In this document: positions 13,836 through 26,770 of the stretch, in pieces
How the letters are laid out: the number at the start of each line of letters is the position of its first letter
Position numbering within the stretch: the stretch's first letter is position 1
Source: Octopus sinensis
Lineage: Eukaryota
Assembly: GCF_006345805.1 (NCBI RefSeq)
Contig: NC_043001.1
Location: 28,520,001-28,584,000 of the forward strand
Direction: 5' to 3'
Length of the DNA: 64,000 bases
Position numbers and translations under genes: made by a program
Notes under the pieces: generated by a model
What the model was told of the DNA's origin: nothing
Databases searched by the model: none
Seen by the model: the letters and a program-made list of their open reading frames with translations, nothing else

Positions 13836-15122
13836 TATATAATTTTTCGACCAATTTTTATAAAGGCAAAGCAGAGCTACAGCTCAGTATGCTTTAGACA
13901 TTTATTTTATTAAGACTGTATGTAGTGAAAAAGAAAGGGTTTCAATCAGTGCATAAAGAATGATACTAAAACCAGTCACTAGCATCTCTGCTAACTTACT
14001 CCCTATATTACACCAACAATTAGTTTGAAGTCTATCTCATACTTCTCATTAAATAATAATTTCAAGGTAACTTCCATGATAACATGTGAGTTTTTAAAAT
14101 TGACATTTGAAATTTCAATAGATTTTCACTACTACATGTTATGCTACTTGGTCTATAAGTTATTTTAATGAAGCAGAATAAAACTGGAGACAAATTCATC
14201 TTCTGTTTTATTGAATCTTTATTTTTAAAACTATTTTAGGGCTTGATTTTCTTCATTGGAATCGTAAGTAATTTAGAGTTTATCTCTAAAATCGCAGCAT
14301 TAGTTTATGTTATCGCCCTTGAAATAATTTACAGCTGAGAAGTACAGAATTGTTACATTATGTTAGGTATTTTATGCAGTGTTGAGAAATCGAAAGTGCA
14401 TTGAACAAGTCTGTAGGGAAAGAAAAATGTGTAGATCGGAAATAAAGAAGAAACGGAAGAAAAATAGACCCAGACATTTTGTTTTGTAGGTATTTTTATT
14501 GAACTGTTTGATTCTTTAAGCCAGTGGTTTCCAAATTGTTTTTTGCTTACACACACACACACACACACACACACGTAGAAGCTCCTTCTATAAAATAAAT
14601 TACTTTACTCTGCTATGTATTGAGTACCTTATTTACTGTGGTTAACCCCGACTCAACCCGGGACCTACATATATATATATATATATATATATACACTCAC
14701 ATATATACATATTCATTACTTTAGATTAAAATTTTTAAAAATATCTTGCTACACTTAGTGCTTAAATTCAGAAAATGTATTAAAAATGATTCTTTTTTTC
14801 ATAACATTTTAGCATATAAATATGGTTTTAAATTTGGGGACAAGGCCAGCACTTTTAGTGGGAGGGTGTTAATCAATTACACTGACCCCAGTACTTCACC
14901 GGTACTTTATCTTATCAAACCCATCAAGATGAATGGTGAAGTTGACATCGGTATGACTTGAACCCAGAAAGTAAGATATCAGAAGAAATGCCACTAAGTA
15001 TTTTGTCCAAGATGCTAACAATTCTGCCAATTCTTAAACTACAGAAATTTATAAAATACTCAATGTTTTATTCAATTTAATCAATGAGATGTGTCAGGAC
15101 AATGTTTCTATATTTCAACGTA

Positions 15123-15506
15123 TCTCTCTCTATATAAACGGCAGTTTGTCTGTGCGTGTTTCTGTGTGTCTGTTTGCTTGTACCCTCACCCTGACCACGG
15201 CTTTCAACCGATTCTGATGAAACTTGACACACACATAGCCCAATGTCATAATTCAAAACTAACGCAGCGAAAATTTTGAAAAGTTCCCCCAGTTCTGAAA
15301 AAAATCGATAAATTCGACATGGGGTCGAGAATCAGAAACACATACCGCAAACTGTCTAGGGGACGCAACTCCACCTTTTTTAACTAAAAAAAAAATTTAC
15401 CATCATTTTTTTCCATTTTTTTGCTATTTTTTGGCTATAACTCTCTAAAAATGCTTTATAGTTATTTCCCTTACAAACCTCAGCAACGCCGGGCGATACT
15501 GCTAGT
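15123..15506 (+). mobile_element. Non-autonomous Helitron-like element, copy 2 (inverted relative to copy 1)
   Basis: 5' tctctctctatataaacggc, 3' gcaacgccgggcgatactgctagt; the first ~200 bp are nearly identical to the reverse complement of 13630-13835. Confidence 0.75.
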
Positions 15507-15872
15507 TTACAATAAACATGCTCTCATTTCATCATCAGTTCAATTAATCATTTCCCCATAGCTCAGCATTTTATGTTAGTGAGTTAAGAAAAGATTATAT
15601 ATTTAGAATTTCAACTCATATTTTTCACATTTTCAAAAATAGAATTTAATTGTTGCTGCAGAGCACCTAGGTAGGCCGAATGGTATGCCACAAGGTACCA
15701 TTTGGAAACCACTGTTCAAAGCCTTTAAACTGCACCAAAATGTTTTGGGAGTTTTTGGGGTTTTTTTTTAACAAGACACAAGGCCAAAATTTGTAAAGGA
15801 GAAAAGAGAGTATAGTTAACTGAATCAACCCTCAGGTATACTATTACACTCACTTGAAGAAGGCAATCTTAC

Positions 15873-15945
15873 CTTTCATATTGACACCAGTTTTGAGCAA
15901 ATATCCTTCATAGTTGACCCCATTGCGTTTGGAAGACAATGCTAA
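15873..15945 (-). CDS. ARAP: ARAP-like exon t (73 nt): start of PH3, [24 protein letters not shown]
   Basis: Acceptor ttacag, donor AAG/gtaaga; PH beta1 EGYLLKT. Confidence 0.9.
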
Positions 15946-18900
15946 CTGTAATTAATGAAAAGGTAGGTATATATATAGCATTACACATACATTTTAGTAT
16001 ACAATGATAGAAAATAAAAAAAAACTTTAACCCTTTAATATTTAAACCAGTCATATCTGGCCAAAATATTCTGCCTCTTTTATGTCCAAACAGGCTAGAT
16101 CTGGCCTCTCACACCTACTATACAATGCTATTCTAAAAACAAGCAATGGCATCAACAAAATTTTGATAATTTATGATCAATTCAAAACAATGTAATCTGA
16201 ATACTAAACAGTTAAATGAATAACAGAAAATGTTACATTTTACTATTGACCATACATATTTGGTTTCAAATTTTGGCACAAGGCTGGCAACTCTAGGGCG
16301 AGTTGGGTAAGCCAATTACACCAACCCCAGTATACAATTGGTACTAATTTTATCAACGCCAGAAAGAAGACAGGCAAAGTCAACCATCACAGAATTTGAA
16401 TTCAGAACATAAAGACAGATGACATACTGCTATGCATTTAGCCCAGTGCACTAACAATTCTTCCAACGGCATTCTGTCTGTCATTAAGTTTTGAGTGCAA
16501 ATCTCGCCAAGGCTGACATTGCCTTTCATCCTTTCATGATAAATAAAATAAGGGGTTAACATAACTGACTTATCCACCACCTTCCCACAAAATTGCTGGC
16601 CTCGTGCCAAAATTTGAAATCAATATATAAGTTATTTCTAACTGCCTGACTGGCCCTCATGCTAGTGGCACATAAAAGCACCCACTACACTCTCGGTGTG
16701 GTTGGTGTTAGGAAGGGCATCCAGCTGTAGAAACTCCGCCAGATCAGATTGGAGCCTGGTGCAGCCATCTGGTTTGCCAGTCCTCAGTCAAATTTTTACG
16801 TGCCACTGGCATGGAAGCCAATTAGCTGCTCTGGCAACAATCATGCTCGGATGGTGCTCTTAGCGCATCAAATCAAAATAATGAATGGTTCAAATTATAC
16901 TAAAAGCAGATCGAGGCGAGACATATTTTTGTTTCTTTATTTTATATGCAACTTTAACAAATATTTGTTTTGTAATTTGGCAGTACAAACACCCACCCCA
17001 ATGACAACTTCTTTGAAGCCTATCAGGATATGCTCTCTTGGAAACCTAACTATTGAAGACAGCCACATTCTCAAATATCCTCAATATAAAAATCCTTCTT
17101 GCCTAGCTACAGCGCAAAAGCAACTATCAGGCAGAGTGGTCAATGGCCAGATTTTCCACTGATAAAATTTTTGTCAAAAGAAGTATTGTCAAACAAGTTT
17201 TTCATCATCAAATTGGTGTATAATCTTTTATACATTCAACTCCTCAAAAGAAACATTATCATTCTAGTAATATAAAAATTCAATTACAGTATTTTTTGGA
17301 TATACAAACTGAATTTTTCAAACCAGAATTTACAGCCCAAAACATAGGTTGCAGGTCAAGATAACTTTGGAGAACCAAACATTCCATGTGAAATGCATCA
17401 GGATTTGAAAAAGAGGTGATGTTGTTTGCATGTTTACACTACATATTTACACTATATACCAGTTATATGCCAGAAAATACAGTAATCTTTACTCTTTTAC
17501 TGCACAAAATAGTAGTAGTAATAGTAGTGGTAGTAGTTGTTGTTGTTGTTTTGGTGGTGGTGGAGGCAGCAGCAGTGTTGTTTCAGAAATTCTGTCTTAT
17601 ATGAAATTTAACAGTGACTATCACTGTTGAATATAGTTTCTTCAGTTATCTTTCTCTATAAACCTAATTAGTTTCAATGGGCAATCATAAATAAAGAACA
17701 CACATATATATATATATATTCAAAAGTGTTTACCTCATCGCATGATTCCTGCTGCGAACTAAGCTTTCCTGAAAAAAGTTTAAAAAAAAAAAAAAGGTTA
17801 AACAAAAAACATTAGAATGACGATACACATTATAAACACTAATTTGAAACAAATAAAAACACTGACGATGAAACTTAGTTTATTATTGGGTTGTCCGGAA
17901 AGTTCGTGCCGGTTTTTAAAGGAAAGAAAAAGGTCAATAAATACTTGCCATTATATTTTTAATCAACCAAATATGAACCATTTTGCTGTACAATGCGTCT
18001 CCATCTTTCTTTTAACTTGAAAATAACCACTTCCCAGAATTGAGGTGACAGGGAGGGTAAGTCGAAAGGTAAGCTACTATAAATCGGCACAAAGTTTCCG
18101 GACAACCCAATACTTGTCTCAAATTAACTACTATATATGTTTGTTCTGCAATTTTAACTGCTGCTTTACTCTCAATAAATATTTCACTTTAAAAATATTC
18201 CTGAAGAATGAAATTATTTTAAAGACAAATTATGCATAATGCACGAAATTTCACAGAAAATACCAAGGCTAAATTAAGTGATGGTGGAAGCACATGGCCT
18301 GGTGGTTAAAGCAGCGGACACGTGGTTGAGGGTTCGAATCTCAGACCGGGCAATGTGTGTGTTTATGAGCGAAACACCTAAGCTCCATGTGGCTCCGGCA
18401 GAAGGTAATGGCAAATTTCTGCTGACTCTTTCGCCACAACTTTCTCTCGCTCTTTCCTCCTGCATCTTGCAGCTCACCTGCGACAGACTGGCATCCCGCC
18501 CAGGTGGGGAACCTCTACACCAAGGGAATCGGGAAACCGGGCCTAATGAGCCAGGCGTGACTCAAAAAAGAACAAACAACAAATTAAGAGATAGAATTAT
18601 GTGTAATTACCATCATGTTCTTGTGACCGGTACAGCTTGAAAACATGCTAACTCTTGATGCTTTGGCACTCACCAACTGCCTCTGATCTTTGTCACATTG
18701 AGTGATGCATGTGCACATACTCTACACATTTATAGCAAGTGCTATTTTGATAACTGTTATCAAACTTGATATGTTATGATGGATATATCTGAATATATCT
18801 TTATCTCCAACTTAACAAGGATACGTTATTAGAACATTGAATACGGCATTATTAGCCTTGAGAGACCCTCTCATACAGGAACTCAGTGCATAAAAGCACA

Positions 18901-19394
18901 CACACAAATCATAGCTGACAAGAATCATCTATTATGAGTGAGCTGTAACTCATATCACATGATTTTAGTCTACTGGCCCTCATCAGTGCGAGGTGTCAAT
19001 GATCGTATTCCAGGAAAACAGCAGAAAGACTGGGTATTTTGCCCTCATATGATGGAAAAAGTTGTCTGCTGACAACTTTTTCCATCATGTAAGGGTAAAA
19101 TATCCAATCTTTCGGCTGTCTTCATGGCTATACTGCATTCAAAATATTACTTTCTTGTTTGTATGATATATATATAATTTTAAAATAGGATAAAATCTTT
19201 AAGGATTTATCAAGTAGTTAGCGTGAAAAACCTCATAAAAGAAAAATCCACCAATTTTTCTCTTAAATATATTTATTTATATTATATAGAGGGCATTACT
19301 ATACATAAATGCCACATGCTAGGAGGGACTCAAAGTCAAAACTACTTTAAGAGTCCCTCCTAGCATGTGGCATTTATGTATAGTAATGCCCTCA

Positions 19395-19438
<44 letters not shown>

Positions 19439-21130
19439 ATCAGATACTCGCTCAAAAGCCTACATATGCATACACACACAAATATTTCATTAGGAAATAA
19501 CTTACTCTCACACTGGTTCTGAAGAAGAAATTCCTGCAAACAGAAAAAAAAAATGAACATTCAGAAATGGAATCAAAGTTAACTTGACTCAATATACAAC
19601 AGGTTAAATGCAAACAAACATAGTTAAGTGTTGATCAGCCAAAATTGTTTAGAAAAAGAATTAAATTATAATTAAATTATAAGAGTTAAATTATAACAAA
19701 ATAGAGAAAGAAACAATCATCTCTAATAGTTTAATGGAATATATTTTATGCTACCGAGAAAGAGAGAGAGTGGAAATAGCAACAAGTGAAAAAGATGTGC
19801 TTACTGTTGTTGACCTGATTTAGATCTCATCAAGCAATCTCAAATCAAGAGATATTCCAGCCATGAGAATCCAAAGTACAATGAGATTAGACTGCAGTTT
19901 CTAGCATATCAAATGACCTCATAGCAGTTTTGTTGTTTGTAGCTATACATGCATTTGTGGGTGTATGCGTATGTATGTATGTATGTACGCTTGCGTATGC
20001 AGATAAGTATGCATAAACATGTAAATATGTGTGAACGTATGCATGTACATATGTACGTGTATGTATGTGCATATAGTGTATATGAGTGTATAAGTTTGCA
20101 GGTCGGTGTGTATGTATATATCAAAATGTATATATGTGATGGGTAGAGAGGGCTATTATGCGTGTGTGAAGACAGAGGAGAGCACTTAAAAATAATAATA
20201 ATAATAATAATAATTGTGTACAGTGCTCAGGTGCATACAACTCATCTAAAGTGTATATATAATCAGGTGTAGTTTCGGCGGATTTTGGAAAGCATGAGGG
20301 CCTTAAAGGATGCAGTGTCATGGCAGTCAACAACTGACGCAGGCAGCTTATTCCATGCTTCAGCAACTCTGAGCGTGAAAAAATGTTTCCGAAAGTCATG
20401 GGAGCTGTGTTGTTTTCTGACTTTGTAGGCATGTCCACGTGTGTTAGACACATGGAGATCAAAAAGGTACAATTGTACAATTTTGTCTGTATTGTTTGTT
20501 TATAGACATAGGGTATGCTCCCTTGTATTTATATCTCAGTTTGTGTGTGTGTGTGTGTTTTATAGTGAGTACCTGAATAATGTTTCTCCTCCTCTTCTCT
20601 CTCAACAGTTTTCATATCAATATTCTTATTTTCTTCTGAATCTGACCATACGCACCTCTTCTACTAAACCTCATCCCATCCTTCTCTTTTCTCTCTCTTT
20701 CTTTCCCCCCCTTCCTTCCCTCTAATCCCAGTTACATTTCCTTTGGCACCACTCAACCTTTCTTAAGACTGCTCACTTTCAAGGAATAATAATTATTCCA
20801 TTGTTTAAACTATTTCACAGTTAAAATTGATTCTACGATGAAGATGGTAAAATTATTTCACCAACACAACATCACTAGTTTACTCAAACTCAGCTGTTTT
20901 ACTATACTCTCTCTAATATTTTAAGAGTGTTCCTGGAAGGTCAGTGACTTACTCATGTTTACTACAACATTCGTAAACAACATTATTAACTCCAAAAAAC
21001 AAATACTGTCTTGTCTATGAATCACATGATCGCAATAATAATGATAATAATAATAACAATAAATATTAATAATAACAATAATAATAACAATAATAATAAA
21101 TAATAATAATAAATGATAATAATAACAATA

Positions 21131-21199
<69 letters not shown>

Positions 21200-21226
21200 T
21201 AATAATAATAAATAATAATAATAATA

Positions 21227-21260
<34 letters not shown>

Positions 21261-24200
21261 GTTGGCGTTAGGAAGGGCATCCAGCCATAGAAACACTGCC
21301 AGATCTGACTGGGCCTGATGCAGCCTTCTGGCTTCACAGACCCCAGTTGAACCGTCCAACCCATGCTAGCATGGAAAGCGGACGCTAAATGATGATGATG
21401 ATGATGATGATTATTATCATTATTATTATTAAGGTAGTGAGCTTGCAGAATTGTTAGCATGTCACGCAAAATGCTTAGTGGCATTTCATCTGTCTCTATG
21501 TTCTGAGTTCAAATTCCACTGAGGTCATCTTTGCCTTTCATCATTTCTGGGTGATAAAATAAATACCAGCTGAGCACTGAGGTTGATATAATTGACCTAC
21601 CCACTCCCCTCCACCATCGCCCCCCCCCTGAACTTGCTGGTCTTGTACCAAAATTTGAAACCAATATTGAGGGGAGGTTTTAATTTACGTCACTTTAAAA
21701 TATAAAGATTGTATCAAGAGGAACAGGGGTAGTCTCAGGTGGGTTGGTGTCAAAAGGGTTAATTGCAAACTGAAAAATACTTACTATTTGTAGTCTCTGC
21801 CCAGAAGATTTAGCAAGTTGGTAAGCTGGAATAATGTAGAGAAGTTGTGTAAATCAGAATTGAAAAATATATATCATTCCATTACAAAAACACTCAAGAT
21901 ATCAACATATTCTGTTTATAAAACATGCAAGGAAATATTACAACATATGTGAGAGGGGGGAGAAAGAGGGAGGGTGAGAAAGAAAGAAAGAGAGTGGGAA
22001 GAGAGAGAGAGAGAGAGTTTATCTTTAGAAAGCGTATAACTGCAATTTTGATTACAGTTGGAATATTTATCAGTTCAAACATAATTGATGACTAAATGGG
22101 TGATAAAATATGCAACAATTTTAACGAACCAAAAAATATAATTACAACCTGCACTTGTGAGGACAAAAAACATTAGCTTAATGTTTAATTCTGGTCAAGA
22201 ATGGTAAGGGAGATAACTCTATAATTTAAATAAATTAAAAATTATACGTGTATGCAATGATGAATAAGCTTGGTCTTTGGTATTCAGTAATAAGTCTAGG
22301 CATGTTTCTCTGTTTTATTAGACAAGCTCAGTAAGGTAAAGTCTTTCCGACTACTTTTTAACCAGTCATGAGCAAACTGTGGCCCCTGGGACTTTACGAA
22401 CGGTATGTCTAATGAAAAATAACTTTGAATTCTTTTGTAGTGTGGACAAACATGATAAGCCATATCTCATGCAGCCTACCTTTTGATAAAGGTTACCCAT
22501 GCCTGTTTTAGACTTTAAGATGATCAATATATAGAGTTTATGTGTGTAAACACTGGGATATATTACAAATTATATGACTGAGTGGACAAATTTGCCCCTC
22601 GTCTCTCCCTCTTCATGTCATGCCAACACCACGGACTTCTTGTGGCTTCAGGATTTCAATAATATGTTTGTATATTTTTAGATTGACATTGCAGGGCAGG
22701 TGTGAGATGTTGGATCTGGTCAGTTCTAACATAAAACAAGTAGAATGTTCATTATGGATATGGCTGGATTAAATGCTAAAGGATTAAAATAAGAAACACA
22801 CACACAAAAATTAATTGTATTACCTGTCATGTTAGGGTTGTTAGGTGAATAATAATTTATCTGAAAAGAAAGAAAAAAGAAAAAATTCAATAATATATTC
22901 ATGTACAAATAAATAAAATTAAGTTTTAAAAACTAGCACATATCTGTCAACATGATTAGAACTGAAGAGATAAACGGTCAAATTAGAATTGTTCAGAGAT
23001 GCAAGCATTCCTTGAAGAGACAAGAGAAGCTATCACTTCTAATACTGACCAAAATTATTGTTGTTTCTAGAACTGGTCAGAGATGACATGTCCAGAATCG
23101 ACCATACATGCAGTCATACCTTAGGTACCATACAGAGATCTGCCATTTCTAAAATCAGTCAGAGACTGACATCTCTAGGAACAATTATGGGTGCTTTTAC
23201 GTGCCACCAGCATGAGGGCCAGTCAGGCGGTACTGGCAACGGCCACACTCAAATGGTGTTTTTTACGTGCCAACTGCACAGGAGCCAGTCCAGTGGCACT
23301 GGCAACGACCTCGCTTGAATATATACATATAGCCAATATCTAGAAGCAGTCAAAAACTCCATCATCTGTAGAACCAGCTAGAGGTGCTACGACTTCTAGA
23401 ACTATCCAAAAGAACATCACTCTATCTCTAGAATAATACCACATTACAGACATTTCAAGCACTTTGTAGACTAACAAAGAACTTTAGAAACTGTATATAC
23501 AAACAATAAATATTTAAATGAAGCTAATAGTTTTTGTATGTTTCTAAAAGGCTAATGTGTGTCATACATGATGAAATCAAAGTCTCAGATCTAAATACTT
23601 GACAAGTACACCTCTATAATATTGAAAGTAGTTTTCCTAGAAATATTTGTGCAGTGGACAAACATTTCTAGAACTAATATCAGAGCTTCGGATTTCTCTT
23701 CACTTTTCAAAATGCACTGACATTTCAATTAGTTTTCTTGCACTAATTACTGCAAGGTGTATAGTTTCGAAAGCATAAGAGTATGCCTATAAATTACTAA
23801 TATAAACTCCATCTTGCAACAAAGGTCAAACACAGGACAGTTTCTACTTACATCTGCTCCTGAATACAGAATTCTCATTGTCTTCAGTATATCATCTTCC
23901 TGTGCAGCTTTTAGGAGGGCCTATAAGACATGAAATGAGATTTCAAATAAATCCATATACACATACATAATAATCATTTATTCATCATTATTATCATATC
24001 ATCATCCTATAATAGTTCTGTTTTTTGGAGATATGAGTGCTATAACACAAACATGTGCACACGAAAGACTTTCAGTTTCCAATTACCAAATCCAGTCGCA
24101 ATGCTTCGGTCAGCCCAAGGCCATAGTACAAGACACTTTGCCCAAGGTACCAAAGCCAGTTTCTATAGCATTTATGGAAATCAGACAAGCTTGTGATAGT

Positions 24201-26701
24201 TGCTGCTGTTAAATTTCAGATCAATCCTAATGAAGCAGTCTTCAAAATGACAAACAACACACCCATTGTTTGTTTTGTTTAGTTCATCATCAACGTCATC
24301 ATCATCGTTTAATGTCTGCTTTCCATGGGTTGGACGATTTAACTGAGGACTGGCAAACCAGATGGCTGCACCAGGCTCCAATCTGATCTGGCAGAGTTTC
24401 TACAGCTGGATGCCCTTCCTAATGCCAACCACTCTGAGAGTGTAGTGGGTGCTTTTACGTGCCACCAGCACAAGAGCCAGTCAGGTGACACTGGCAACGG
24501 CCACACTCAAATGGTGTTTTTTACGTACCAGCAGCACTGGCAACGACCTCGCTTGAATATATATATATATTTTTAAGTACCCATGCCAGTGACACATAAC
24601 AGCACCCATGCAGGTGACACATAACAGCACCTGAGCAGGTGACACATAACAGCACCTAAGCAGGTGACACATAACAGCACCCATGCCGGAGATACGTAAC
24701 AGCACTTGTGCTGGTGATACACAAATGCACCCACTACACTACTGGAGTGGTTGGCATTAGGAAAGACATGAAGCTGTAGAAACCAAGCCAAAATCACACT
24801 GGCACCTGGTACAGCTTTCTAACTTACCATTTCCATCCAAACCATATTCAGTTAATAAATATATAAACAAAAAACAAATAAACAACTGCACTTACCTCAT
24901 TTAGCTCTTCATGGTTTTTATAACAATGATAATAGTTGACAAAAGCTTTGTTCTTGTACTTATTTTCAATAAACAGCTTACGTTCTGCTTCATTCGTGTC
25001 CCAGTCAATGACAAAGTCTGGATTTTTATTAAATTCCCAAAAGTTATTTGCATTCTCGTTGCCAATTCTAAGAAGTACCTGCAAAGTTTCAAAAAGAAAA
25101 TGAAATTAAAATTACGATGATGTATTTTGTATCTTCTGATTATTTTTGAGCTCTTAGCAATCAAAACATAGCATATCGTTTATCTTTCACTTGTTTCAGT
25201 CATAAGACTGTGGCCATACTGGGGCACTGCCATGAAGAATTTTTAGTCAAATGAATCAACCCCAGTACTTACTTTTTTAAAGACAGGAACTTATTTTATC
25301 AGTCTCTTTTGCCAGACCACTAAGTTATTGAGAAGTAAACACATTAACAGCAGCTATCAAGCAGTGGTGAGGGACAAACTCGGGCAAAAAGACACACAAA
25401 AATATATATTTATATATGATGGGCTTCTTTTAGTTTCCATCTAGAGAGAGAGAGAGAGAGAGACTGAGAGAGACACAAAGAGAGACTAAGAGAGAGAGAC
25501 TGAGAGAGAGAGACTAAGAAAGAGAGAGAGACTGAGAGAGAGAGAGAGAGAGAGAGACTGAGAGAGAGACTGAGAAAGAGAGAGAGAGACAGAGAGATAC
25601 AGAGAGAGAGAGAGATACAGAGAAACAGAGAGAGAGACTGAGAGAGAAAGTATGAGTGTGTGTGCGTACAGACACGTGTACAGGCATGCAAGAAGCAAGT
25701 TTATAATTATCAAACATGCAAATTCTTTTAATGAATACAAATACAACTTACTTCTATTAGTGATGTAGTCCATACTTTAACATCCAAAGTCATTGACTTC
25801 ACCACATTAAAATCTCGATGAATTCCTAAAGAAAATAACACAAAAGAAGATACAAAATATTCCCAAACCTACTTGAAACTCAAAGGAGCAGTAACAAAAA
25901 AAAAGAGAAAGGAAAACAAGAAGAGTTAATATGTTATAATAATGAAATTATTGTTTATAGTACTCAGGTGCACTATACACTACAATATTTGAAATATTGA
26001 ATATAACATTGGCACTTCTTCCACCAAACTAGTAAAAGCTGCACACAAATGTTCAGATATAGCATCATAGATTAGCCCTTTTGCAATCATATTTCTGGGG
26101 AAGTAAACTATTCACAAATTTAGATAAATTTTTAAAATAATCAAGAAATGGTTAAAGATAAAATGCTTCGCAGAATTTGTTCCAGCTCTTTACATTCTGA
26201 GTTCAAATCCTACCAGGGCTAACTTTGCGTTTTGTCTTTTTTGGAGACTGACAAAATTAAGTGTCAGTCTAGTTTCATTTTTCCCCAAATCTATGGCTCT
26301 GTATTAAATTTGGAAAAATTTATTAAGACAGTAATTGGCACTACACAAATGTTTCTTATAGAAACTAAAATAGAAGACTGTAGTTGCACTTGTCTAGCAC
26401 TGACTTTAATCTTAAAGCATTACGTTAGAATTAGTCATTTCCTCACCGGGCACCATTCCTGTGCCCAGCCAAACCAGCCATGCCAAAATAGACAGCGCAG
26501 TTTGGTGCATAGCTACTGCACGCATTTTTTTTCTCTCCTTCTTTCTGTGTTTTTCTCTCTCTGTGTATCTTTCTGTTGAAGAGCGTAGGCTCGAAACGTT
26601 AAAGACTTGTTTTATTTATATTTCCTGAGCGCCATACTAATACAATTGTTCGTTTGTTTTCCACCTGCCTTCGTCTTTTGTTTATTTTCATAAAGCTTCC
26701 C

Positions 26702-26770
<69 letters not shown>

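Noticed and set aside
20953-21014. Exon-like segment (ag...gtaagt on minus) between exons q and r
   Set aside because: Weak pyrimidine tract next to a microsatellite; exons q and r already join into the conserved LQ.EFL motif
20921-21484. 187-aa ORF and many similar [16 protein letters not shown] ORFs
   Set aside because: Microsatellite and SINE read-through with no domain content
24580-24725. CRISPR-like regular repeat
   Set aside because: No unique spacers, eukaryotic context, no cas genes; it is a minisatellite
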